From NCBI RefSeq assembly GCF_006345805.1, contig NC_043026.1, positions 6,696,001 to 6,760,000 of the forward strand: 64,000 nucleotides of DNA, written 5' to 3'. Below the pieces are notes generated by a model. It was not told the origin of the DNA, made no database searches, and saw only the letters and a program-made list of their open reading frames with translations. The translations under genes and the position numbers were made by a program. The stretch is from Octopus sinensis (Eukaryota). Positions 1 to 11,419 of the stretch are shown in pieces; the stretch's first letter is position 1; every line of letters starts with the position of its first letter.

Positions 1-377
1 GGGTATTAGCGCGCGTTTACGATGAGTCTACGATTTAAAAAATAATTTAACATCATTTTTTATTCCATTTTAATGCATAATTTTTCGTGTGTCGATGGCG
101 GCGGAGTTGGCGTCCACGCTCACAGCTGCACCTGTTTGCTTCTCCCCCTTCCCTCCCTCGTGAAGGTGTGGGGAAGGGAGTGTAAAGAAATCAACGTCGT
201 AATGCGTTGTCAAGGAGACCAGCGTTCTTTTAGAACAACGACTTCATGGCTTGAAGACACCAAAACAGAAATGGCTAAGAAAGCCCGAATTGGCATCTAT
301 AAGGGAAGTAACTCTCTAAAAATGCTTATATAGTTATTTCCCTTACAAATCCGAGCAACGCCGGGCGATACTGCTAG
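1..377 (+). mobile_element. Non-autonomous Helitron-like element, copy 1 (5' end outside window)
   Basis: Ends CCG-AGCAACGC-CGGG hairpin + GATACTG + CTAG|T; about 98% identical to 568-947. Confidence 0.65.
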
Positions 378-432
378 TATAATATATATATAGATATACA
401 TTCACGTACAACACATAAACACACAACATATA

Positions 433-947
433 TCTATATATATATAAAACTCTAGTTGTGTGAGTGTCTGTCCCCTTCGATTTAGATTCCTAACTCCTCC
501 CACATTTTGCGGTGCAGTTTAACCAAAACCGGGTATCTTATAGTCGTGATTCATATCGAGCCCGTCTGGGTATTAGCGCGCGTTTACGATGAGTCTACGA
601 TTTAAAAAATAATTTAACATAATTTTTTATTCCATTTTAATGCATAATTTTTCGTGTGTCGATGGCGGCGGAGTTGGCGTCCACGCTCACAGCTGCACCT
701 GTTTGCTTCTCCCCCTTCTTCCCTCCCTCGTGAAGCTGTGGGGAAGGGAGTGTAAGGAAATCAACGTCGTAATGCGTTGTCAAGGAGACCAGCGTTCTTT
801 TAGAACAACGACTTCATGGCTTGAAGACACCAAAACAGAAATGGCTAAGAAAGCCCGAATTGGCATCTATAAGGGAAGTAACTCTCTAAAAATGCTTATA
901 TAGTTATTTCCTTTACAAACCCGAGCAACGCCGGGTGATACTGCTAG
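433..947 (+). mobile_element. Non-autonomous Helitron-like element, copy 2 (complete, 515 bp)
   Basis: A|TCTATATATATATAAAA 5' end; subterminal ACCCG-AGCAACGC-CGGGT hairpin; CTAG|T 3' end; A/T insertion site with no TSD. Confidence 0.7.
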
Positions 948-979
948 TATATATACATTCACGTACAACACACACACAC

Positions 980-1010
<31 letters not shown>

Positions 1011-1059
1011 GTTCTACTGTAGCATACGTGCACAGTAAATCGCGTACGCAAACACGAAT

Positions 1060-1253
1060 ACTGTTACTTGCCGCCGCCGCCCACCTCACGCCCCCCCTCC
1101 CATTGTAACGTAGACCGTTCTTAACATAGCTAAAACTGACCTCTGACCTCCTTTCAGAGACCGGTGGGTGGCGGGGGAGGGAGGGGAATACTTCAGACCT
1201 CTCGCTCACTCTCTTAGCAGCTATTACACTTCTCTTGCAAAGGCCTGGTGAGT
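1060..1253 (+). promoter_or_regulatory. Candidate promoter / non-coding first exon
   Basis: Locally GC/CpG-rich (GCCGCCGCCGCCC, GGGTGGCGGGGG); perfect DR1 TGACCT-C-TGACCT at 1137-1149; strong donor CCTG|GTGAGT at 1247/1248. Confidence 0.35.
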
Positions 1254-1304
1254 AAACCCCTCCAGGGAGTACAGACCCCCCACCGCAACCAGAATTGAAC
1301 TGAT

Positions 1305-1800
1305 CATCTCTCTCTCTCTCTCTCTCTCTTTGCCTCTCTTTCTATCTCTCTTCCTGTCTGAATGTCTTCCCATCTAGCTGTCTCCCCCTCTGCCTGTCTG
1401 TATCTGTCTGTCTCTCATTCTCTTTCTGCCCCTTTTTCTCTCACTCTCACTTTCTCCCTCTCTCTCGATCTGTCTGTCTCTCCCTCTCTCTCGATCTGTC
1501 TGTCTCTCCCTCTCTCTCTTTCTATCTCTCTCACAGTCAGTCTCATTTTCTTGATGCTTCTTTGACTATGTATCTCTCTCTATCACTCACTCTCTCTTTA
1601 TCCCTCATTCTATCATTCTCACTCACAGTCTGTCTCCCTCTTTGGCTGTCTCTGTCTTTTTCTCTCTCAGTGTCTTTCTATCTCCCTCTCTGGTCGTCCG
1701 TTTCAGTCTATCTATCGCACTTAGTTGGTCTCTCTCTCTCTCCTTGTTTTTTTCTTCTTGTCTCTTCTACTATCTACCCCTCTTTCTCTCTTACCCACCC
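1305..1800. repeat. CT-rich low-complexity / degenerate (CT)n tract
   Basis: Direct inspection. Confidence 0.9.
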
Positions 1801-2057
1801 CCAACACCAGATTTAACTCTCACAAACCAACTTCCGTCCTCAGAACCCAGAAACCCTTTCTAGTCCCCATCAACTGTTAACCCTCTTCACCGACTTATGT
1901 AACACCCAGAATGAAATATATGTTCTTTTATGTTTCAATTATTCGACTGTTGCTATGTCAGAGCATCGCCTGAAAAGAATTTTTACTCGAACGAATCCAC
2001 CCTAGTACTTTTATTTTGTTAAGCCTGGTATTTATTTTGTCGGTCCCTTTTGCCGAA

Positions 2058-2257
2058 CTATCTATCTACCTACCTATCTATTCATCTAATTATCTATCTA
2101 TCTCTCTACCTACCTATGTATCTATCTACCTACCTACCTGTCTATTTACTTACCTACCTATCTCTCTCTCTCGCTCTACTTACCTACCTATCTACTTTAT
2201 CTATCTATTTACCTATCTATCTATCTACCTACCTACCTATTTATCTATCTATCTATA

Positions 2258-2303
<46 letters not shown>

Positions 2304-2345
2304 CCTATCCGTCTATTGATCTACCTATCTATCTATCTGTCTGTA
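2058..2345. repeat. (CTAT)n/(CTAC)n microsatellite
   Basis: Direct inspection; source of spurious YLSI-type ORFs. Confidence 0.95.
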
Positions 2346-2589
2346 GTCACTATGAGGATATTTAGACCTTACAGGGATATTTTTTATCCAAGATACACTG
2401 GTTTAATATATCGTATTTTGAAGAGATATTTCTTCAATGAATATATTTTATAAATTATAAAATATCAAACATTATCATTAAGTTTGAAACCGGACAGAGC
2501 CAATGGATGCAAATTAATTTATTATGATTTTCACCTACAATTGTTTCATTTCGCATCCAAATTAAACTGCAAAACACATAGATATATAA

Positions 2590-3082
2590 GCTCGCATTTC
2601 GAAATAGCTTGGGTGGAAAAACATCCAGGAATGGAAAAGGACAATACAAGAATTACATTATGATCGGTTGGAATATTCCAATAGACTCAGAATATGTATT
2701 TATTATTAAACATTAGCTTCAAGGTTCATCCAAGACTTGGACCACGGGCTATACGTCCCCTGCCAAATTCAAGATCACAACAGACATGTACACTGCAACA
2801 TAATTTCTTTTCCTCAACAGGCCCTGCCCTATTTAACATTGTCCCGAGGGAGATCAAAGAGGAAAAGGATCCCATCAACTTTAAACAGAGTCTGGATAGA
2901 TTCCTTCAAAGAATACCAGATAAGCCACCCATAATTGGATACAACTCACCCAACAAGAACTCACTACTTGAACAAAACTTGACTTAAACAGGATTCGAAT
3001 AATCCTATCAGGTGGTGCTATTAAGTTAGACATGGCCTGGACCAATCTCTGGTCGAAACATATCTAAGTTTTCTAAGTTTTA
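2590..3082 (+). mobile_element. CR1/L2-group LINE, 3' fragment (ORF2 C-terminus + tail)
   Basis: ORF 2694..2987 ends NFFSSTGPALFNIVP...FKQSLDRFLQRIPDKP..GYNSPNKNSLL, a typical CR1/L2-group ORF2 C-terminus; (CTAAGTTTT)2 tail. Confidence 0.75.
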
Positions 3083-4034
3083 TAGTCACATTCCATTAAA
3101 AAAATAGAGAGCTATCAGTAAATAAGATGAGGAAAGAGTGGGCACGAAACTAGCTATGGACAAGCTGACCAGGTCTGGGAGAAGGCCACACGAGGATGTC
3201 ATTCTCCATTGATATATATTCATGCTAAGAGCACAGATGTGGTTGTGTGGTCAAGCGACCTGGTCTTGAATTCAGTCCCATGGGTAAGTGTCTTTTTATT
3301 TATTTCTTTTACATTGGCCTCAGGCTACATCGATCTCCAGAATTGATTGGTACTTCGTTTTATCAACCCTGAAAGAATGAAAATATAGCTGATCAAGGCG
3401 GGATTTGAACTCGGAATGAAGAGAGCTGAAAGAAAAAAATCGCTAAGCGTTTTTGTCCGATGCACCAATGATTCTACGAGGATGTGGAAATAACATTTAA
3501 TCCATTATGGGTCTCATTCGCCTGAGGCTTGGTTATTGAGGGTTTAAAGGCCGTCGGGCTTGGAGCACCGGTGATACTGGCAATAGAGAAGACGAGAGAG
3601 ACGACGACGATGAAGAAGAAGACGAAGAAGGAGACGATGACAACGAAGAAGAAGATATGATAGTAGGAAAAAAGGTGAACGAGAGGTCCACAGGGAAGAC
3701 AAAACAAAAGACGAAGAAAAAGAAGAAACAAAGATAAAAAGTGACAGAGAAAGAAAAGAAAAGAAAATGGAGAAGAAGAAAGAAGGAAGGCGACAGAGAA
3801 TAAGAATGAGAAGAAAAGAAAGAGGATGGTGAAGATAAAGGCGAGGAAGAAGTGATGGAGAAGAAGAAGAAAAAAGCAAGAAGGATGTGGAGATTTGCAA
3901 TGTGTGTTGTGTCGCCTAAAAATGTCCACGTGTGTCTTTGAAGGGTTTAAATGTTTGCTGGGCTAATTAATAAAAGATATTTTGTGGCTCTGAAGACGAG
4001 GGTCTGGCCAGTTTGTACGACAGTCTGGGATGCA

Positions 4035-4499
4035 TATATGTATATCTGTCTGTCTGTCCATCTATCTATCAATCTATCTATTTCTGTCTATCTATCTGTC
4101 TATATCTATCTATCTATCTATCTGTCTGTCTGTCTATCTATATATATCTGTCCATCTATCTATCTACCTAATCTATCTATATCTGTCTATCTATCTATCT
4201 ACCCATCTATCTATATCTGTCTATCTATCTGTTTATCTATCTATATCTGTCTATCTATCTATATCTGTCTATCTATCTATCTATCTATGTATCTATCTAT
4301 CTATCTATCTGTCTATCTATCTACCTATCTATCTCTCTTTATCTATCTATATCTGTCTATCTATCTATATCTGTCTATCTATCTATCTATCTGTCTATCA
4401 TCTATCTATCTATCTATATCTATCTATCTATATCTGTCTATCATCTATCTATCTGTCTATCTATCTATCTATCATCTATCTATCTATCTATCTATCTAC

Positions 4500-4545
<46 letters not shown>

Positions 4546-4570
4546 CTGTCTGTCTATCTCTCTGTCTGTA
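4035..4570. repeat. (CTAT)n/(CTGT)n compound microsatellite
   Basis: Direct inspection. Confidence 0.95.
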
Positions 4571-4794
4571 TTATGAGTAACACCATCTCTGGTATGGGGG
4601 ACAAATATATACTCTGTCGTATGAGCTTTGAGACGGGGAAGTAACACAGGTTGGAACTGAAGAAAGTTTTGGTGGTGGTGGTGGTGGTAGCTGTGATGAG
4701 GTGGTGGTGTTTGTGTAGCGGAGGCAGTACATATACTAAAATTGGAGGCAGTTGTTGTATAGCCCCAGGCCACGCTGATGGAACCGGACTATGA

Positions 4795-5230
4795 AGATAT
4801 CTGGCTGCTATTTCTACTAGGTCTGGCTACCATTTGGAGGACTCCCTCATTGGCTCACATATACATAAGAGAGCAGGGTGTGATTCAAGTGAGATTTGAC
4901 TGCTATTTCTAGCAGGTCTAGCTTCCATGTAAAGACCTCCTTAGGCTCATCCATACATATGTACATACATACGACAGTAGGGTGCGATTTGAGAGAGACT
5001 TGGCTGCTATTTCTCCTACGTCTAGCTACCATGTAGAGACCTACATCTTTTATTCACACACATATACAAAGAAAAGACATTTGGGTGTGATTTGAAGGAG
5101 ATCTGGTTGCTATTTCTAGCAGGCCCAGTAACAGGTTTTCGCCCTCGACACGCACTTATTTAACAGATGTATAAACCGAGAAAGATTTGGCTGCTATTTT
5201 TAACAGATTTAGCTACCATGTAGAAGTGTC
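4795..5230 (+). repeat. Degenerate ~100-bp tandem repeat (GAGATYTGGCTGCTATTTCTAGCAGGTCTAGCTACCATGTAG core, about 5 units)
   Basis: Core recurs near 4797, 4892, 4997, 5099 and 5183; reverse-complement relatives at 12415-13105 and 49950-50470. Confidence 0.7.
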
Positions 5231-5862
5231 TCTCCTCGGTGTAGTTTAGCGGTCCTGTTTTTCGTCAATAGGTGTAGGTATGTCGCTGGCTAGGTAGAAT
5301 AGCTAGCTTGCTAGATAGGTAGATAGGTGGAAAAGGCTGTCAGAATAAGGTCAGCCACAAGTACGGAGGGGGAAGCGGGGGTAGGTTTGCAACGAAGGTC
5401 GTTAGACTGACTGTCCTGGCCGGTCACTTGACAGGACGGCCCACCAGCCTACCTACACACATACTAACGCTACATACACACATCCCATATATACATACAT
5501 GTATGTATGTATGTATGGTTGGAAGGATGGCTGTATTTTACACATCCTGCCCGAGAAGAGCATGGTTATTTAAACATACCTACGTCTTAAAATATACACC
5601 ATGTGTTTTTGAGCGTGTGTGTATGTGTGTGTATATATGTATTTGACAGTACAAAGGAGCTGCTTAGCAGTTAAAACAAGTGTGTATGTATATACATATA
5701 TATACGTGTGTGTGTGTAGATATAATTTTTAATCGGCAGAAGTTGAGTGTTGTGTACTTGGTGTTTATTAAACTTCATAAGTGTCATATACAAAACTGCC
5801 GACCCTTGTATCACTTGGTATAAAAAATACCTATATATATATTATATATATATATATATATA

Positions 5863-6000
5863 GGTTCATCTGGGACTCTCGACAGGAAGAGGTCCAGCTT
5901 TGATTTAAAAAACCCCTACACCTACTTTATGCAAGTTCCTCAGACTCTTTGGGAGAATATTAAAAAGCTGTAGGCCCTTGAAACCCAGGCTGTTGCTGTA
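5863..6000 (-). mobile_element. Inverted partial copy of the adjacent LINE fragment
   Basis: Reverse complement of 6197-6333 with 7 differences. Confidence 0.9.
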
Positions 6001-6196
6001 TATATATGTTTTTGATTTTCACTCTCGATGAATTTATCCCTTTTTGTGTCCCCAGCACTCGGCTTCCTTATTTGGTAGCCCTTAATTATATTTCTATATG
6101 AATAATATATTGTCTAATGACTAATTCGTCTTTTGTGCTAGGCCACTGGTAACAACAATCTATGTTATTACCCTTTTGATTATATATATATATATA

Positions 6197-6482
6197 TACT
6201 GCAACAGCCTGGGTTTCAAGGGCCCACAGCTTTTTAATATTCTCCCAAAGAGTCTGAGGAACTTGCACAAAGTAGATGTAGCGGTTTTTAAATCAAAACT
6301 GGACCTCTTCCTGTCGAGAGTCCCAGATGAACCTACCTCACGGCAAGAGGTGCAAATGAGAGTAGCTATATCAAACTCCATTCTTCGCCAAGTGTCACAT
6401 ATTAGAGGAGGTTCTTCGTAATAACAGTGTAGCACAAAACGGCGGTGCATCGGCATGGCCGCAGCTCTGAGCTGAAACTAGA
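6197..6482 (+). mobile_element. CR1/L2-group LINE 3' fragment
   Basis: YCNSLGFKGPQLFNILPKSLRNLHKVDVAVFKSKLDLFLSRVPDEP (ORF 6176..6421); same family as 20687-21028. Confidence 0.8.
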
Positions 6483-7381
6483 ATATATATATATGTGTGT
6501 GTATGTATGGTTTGTCCTGTCCTCCCGCCACAACGGGTGTTGGTGTGTTTACATCCCCGTAACTTAGCGGTTCGGCATAAGAAACCGATACAATATGTAC
6601 CAGACTTGAAAATAATGAGTACTGGGGTCGATGTCTTTGGGTAAAGCTTTCCAGGCGATGCTCCAGCAGGGTCGCAGTTAAATGACTGATTCAAGTAAAA
6701 GATAAAAAAACGTGTGTATGTTATATAGTTGGCAGCATTTCGCCCGTCGCTACGTTCTGAGTTCAAATCCCGCCGAGGTCGGCTTTGCCTTTCGTCCTTT
6801 CGGGGGTCAATAACAATAAAGTTTTTAAAATTTTTTTATTTCTTTATTGCCCACAAGGGGCTAAACACAGAGGGGACAAACAAGGACAGACAAACGGATT
6901 AAGTCGATTATATCGACCCCAGTGCGTAACTGGTACTTGATTTATCGACCCCGAAAGGATGAAAGGCAAAGTTGACCTCGGCGGAATTTGAACTCAATAA
7001 CAATAAACATACCAGTTAAATACTGGGGCGATGTAATCAACTAGCCCCACCCCCAAAAAAACTTGCTGGCCTTGTGCCAAAATTTAAAACCAATATATGT
7101 ATATATCTAGCTATGCGCGCGCGCGTGTGTGTGTGTGTGCGTTTTTCTCCGTCTCTATCGCTTGGCAACCGGTGGTGGTTTGTTTACGTCCCAGTCACAA
7201 GAGACCGGTTAGAAAACTTACCAAGTTTCAGAAAATAAATCAATTAGATAAATATAACAAACAAAAAAAAAATAATAAAATGAATAAATAAAACTGGGGG
7301 TCAGTTCGTTCGACGAAAACTTTTTTCAGCGCGGTGCCCCGGCTTGGCCGCAGTCCGGATATAGAAATAACATAGAACGGA

Positions 7382-7864
7382 AGGCGATCTTTCGTCTCTA
7401 GTAGACCTTTCCGTCGATCTCCGTAAAAATTTTTTTTTTTTTTTACATATGGACTTGCGGGAACTTTTGAAGTAGTATACATACATATACACACATACAT
7501 ACACATACACACACACACATACATGCATACATACATATACACATACACCGAGTAAAAAATTTCAGTTATCTCTCTCTTTCACACATTACTCTCTCTGTCT
7601 CTTCACACACACTAACAGAAGCACTTCACTTACACAACATACTGTCTGTCTCCCACACCCCATCAAACACACACACACACATGTACATCAATGCTTGCCA
7701 TGCACGGTAACTTCAAAAGAACTTCCCTCGTCATACAATCGCTTTCTCTTAGTCTCTTTCGCTCTCATTACTTCAAAAGTTCCCGCAAGCCCATATGTAA
7801 AAAAAAAAAAAAAAATTTTTTACGGAAATCGACGGAAAGGTCTACTAGAGACGAAAGATTGCCT
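7382..7864. mobile_element. Foldback/MITE-like element with ~97-bp terminal inverted repeats
   Basis: 7382-7477 is the reverse complement of 7767-7864 (about 4 substitutions plus poly-T/A length differences); interior is simple sequence; no clear TSD. Confidence 0.7.
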
Positions 7865-7899
7865 ATTATTATTATTGTTATTATTATTATTATTATTAT

Positions 7900-8112
7900 T
7901 GCTGCTGCGTTGGTATGTTTCATTAGTCAGTCGCCAAGGCAGGAAGCAAGGTGCGCGCAAACAGGTAACAAGTAGGAACAAGTCTTCTCGCGGAGGGGAA
8001 GAGAGCAACCTGCTTTCTTTAAGATTCAACTTATTTGATTCCCCGACCGAGGACACACACACACCTCGTCGCTTGGGCCGCAAGACGTTGACAGGTTTAA
8101 GATCTGGTGAGT
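7900..8112 (+). promoter_or_regulatory. Candidate alternative promoter / non-coding exon
   Basis: Unique CpG-enriched segment ending in strong donor TCTG|GTGAGT at 8106/8107. Confidence 0.35.
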
Positions 8113-8373
8113 ATATATAAGTATTTGTGAGCCCGTTTGGTTTATAATTGAGACAGATAATTAATTAGCAAGTGCGCATATATATGTACTCAATGTATGT
8201 TTAATATTATATATATATATATATGATTTTTATTTGTTAGGGAATAGAAAATTCTGGCTTAATAGGGGTTCAAATTATTCTCAATGAAGAAATATATTTT
8301 AATTTAGGGATAGTAGGCCCCTATTTCTCACCATATAAAAATAATTTTTATTTTAAATTCCTACTGTTTTACT

Positions 8374-8412
8374 GGCAACACGTGTTTCAGAGGTACAGCC
8401 TCCGGTTCCTCA
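8374..8412 (-). ncRNA. Truncated Penelope-type minimal hammerhead ribozyme motif
   Basis: Minus strand ..TGA GGAACC GGAGG-ctgta-CCTCT GAAA CACGTG T T GCC: stem II, GAAA, palindromic stem III, UH; 5' core overwritten by (TA)n. Confidence 0.45.
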
Positions 8413-8925
8413 TATATATATATATATGTATGTATATATATATATATGTGTGTGTGTGTATATATATATGTGTGTGTGTGTGTATATATATGTGTGTGTG
8501 TATATATATGTGTGTGTGTATATATATATGTGTGTATGTATATATATATATGTGTGTGTATATATATGTGTGTATATATATGTGTGTGTATATATATATG
8601 TGTGTATATATGTGTGTATATATATATGTATATATATATGTATATATATGTGTGTATATATATATATGTGTGTATATATATATATGTGTGTATATATATA
8701 TATGTGTGTATATATATATGTGTGTGTATATATATATGTGTGTATATATATATATGTGTGTGTATATATATATGTGTGTATATATATATATATGGTACTA
8801 CCATATATGTGTGTGTATATATAGGTGTGTGTATATATATATGTGTGTGTGTATAATATATGTGTGTATATAATATGTGTATATATATATTATGTGTGTA
8901 TATATATATGTGTATATATATAGTG

Positions 8926-8958
<33 letters not shown>

Positions 8959-9480
8959 TATATATATATATGTGTGTATATATGTGTGTGTTATATATAT
9001 GTGTGTATATATATGTGTGTATATATATGTGTGTATATATATATGTGTGTATATATATGTGTGTATATATATGTGTGGTATATATATAGGTGTGTATATA
9101 TAGTGTGTATATATATGTGTGTGTGTATATATATATGTGTGTGGTATATATATGTGTGTGTGTATATATATATATAAATGTGTGTGTGTGTGTATATATA
9201 TATATAAATGTGGTGTGTGTGTATATATATATATAAATGTGTGTGTGTGTATTATATATATATAATGTGTGTGTGTGTGTATATATTATATATGTGTGTA
9301 TATATGTGTGTGTATATATATGTGTGTGTGTGTGTATATATGTGTGTGTGTGTTATATATATGTGTGTTGTGTATATATATGTGTGTGTGTGTATATTAT
9401 GTGTGTGTGTGTGTATATATTATGTGTGTGTGTGTGTATATATATATGTGTGTGTGTGTATATATGTGTATATAATAAAT
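8412..9480. repeat. ~1.1-kb (TA)n/(TG)n mosaic microsatellite
   Basis: Direct inspection; source of many spurious ORFs. Confidence 0.95.
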
Positions 9481-9539
9481 AATATTAGGGTAATAAGAAT
9501 TATAGAAATTGGCTTGGCGATCTTACGGTTCTAGTACCG

Positions 9540-9581
<42 letters not shown>

Positions 9582-10648
9582 TCTGGATGTACAAAGTTTA
9601 TATAAATGTGCGTGTATAGGTTTGTGTGTGTATATATCAGATATTTGCTGTCTCGTTATATTCTTCATATATCGTCGTTTTCTATTGTATATACCCTATA
9701 TAAAGGTGTGTAAAGTTTATACAGGTGTATGTTTGTGGGTGTAGTGTATATATAAGGGATTTGCATGTGTGTATATATATTAGCAATGTCGGTTTTTTGT
9801 TATATAAACCCTACCTAGAGATGTGTGTGTATATATTAGCTTATAACTGAGTTAAATAATTGAGAAAAAAATATATAATCTAATTTCCTGGACTTATTTT
9901 GTATATAATCAATATACCTGTTCCATATTATATACTGGGGGTGGGGCAAAACGAGGTATTTTACTACATTTTTTTTACTTTTAGACATAATACATACTTT
10001 TAAAATTTTCGTTACCTTACAAAAACTATCTTGGCTAATTTAAGTCCCTGGTCTTATTCTTTCTATAAACATACACCTGTTTTTTTCTAAATGTATGAAG
10101 GGTGTGTATGTATTAATTATAGATATCTGGTCTTCTTCCGAAGTCTTATAATTAATATATCTGTTATATATAGTCTTTGTAAATTTTTAATTGAGAAAAG
10201 AATATATCTAGCTATCTTATTCTTTATATGTATATATATACACACACACACACACATATATATATCTGGTGTCCTGTACACACGTATATATATATTTATA
10301 TATGCATGTATATATACATGTAGATGTAGGTACATACATATGTTTGTATGTATGCATATATTTTATTTATTACACTATTATATATATATATATATACTCT
10401 ATGTATTAAACATACCATCGCGTGTGTATAATGGTTTAGAGGGTTCGTTTATATTAGTAAAGATCTATAATTTTAGATGAAGAAAAAAAATCTATCCAGG
10501 TATATAATCTTTTTATAATTAATATACTTGCTGTGTGTATATATATATACATACATATACACACAGCCTTTCTGCAGTTATATAAAGTTTGTGTATATAC
10601 ATAACCTATTAGATAAGGAGAATTATGTATAAATCTACATGTTTATAT

Positions 10649-10691
<43 letters not shown>

Positions 10692-11039
10692 TCATACATA
10701 TTTAAATACTAATATACATCAATGCAAAACTAAAACATTTAATTTTCTTTGGACGGAGCTAATGCAGGTTCGCACCTGGTATATAAACTCTGGTATAAAA
10801 ACTGGAGAACTTGGATGCAAACATCTCTAGGACTGGCATGATTATATAATATATATATATACACATACACACACACTTATCTATACGTGTATACAGTTAA
10901 TATATATTTCTGTAGATGGAAAAACTATTTGTATAAAAACTGTACTTTTTTTTTTATTCACTACGTCAGTTAGTTTTCACTTTATATCTATTCATCTTTA
11001 CATTCTTCTTTTGCTATACACACACACACACACACACAC

Positions 11040-11117
<78 letters not shown>

Positions 11118-11222
11118 CATCTGGAGACAGGAAACCAATGCTTGCGAAACTTTATTTCCTCTCAAAGGCTCGTTTGGAGACATCCTGCATCGATCCCTCG
11201 TGGGTGGAAACGAGCTGTGGTG

Positions 11223-11255
<33 letters not shown>

Positions 11256-11261
<6 letters not shown>

Positions 11262-11419
11262 GAAATGAGGTAATCAGATTTGATTTGAAAACCCCACTGG
11301 AATGGGAGAAAGCGCTAATAATCTGAATGATATGATATATATATGTAAAAAATGTAATATATAAATAAATATCTATAAACATGAACCATCCGATCTTCTG
11401 ATTACCTCATTTCTTCTAA
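11256..11419. mobile_element. 164-bp MITE with perfect 23-bp TIRs, TA target site
   Basis: TA|TTAGAAGAAATGAGGTAATCAGA ... TCTGATTACCTCATTTCTTCTAA|TA. Confidence 0.7.

Noticed and set aside
73-903. Two near-identical 86/87-aa ORFs as a duplicated gene
   Set aside because: They lie inside the tandem Helitron-like copies and have non-ATG starts, no splice structure and no recognisable domain.
1362-4644. Long YLSI/LSLS/EEK-type ORFs
   Set aside because: Translations of (CT)n, (CTAT)n and purine-rich simple repeats.
8361-9534. Many overlapping C/V/Y/I- or H/T/Y-rich ORFs (also at 26.9-27.4, 33.6-35.8, 37.8-38.5 and 60.7-61.4 kb)
   Set aside because: Dinucleotide microsatellites lack stop codons in most frames; no coding signal.
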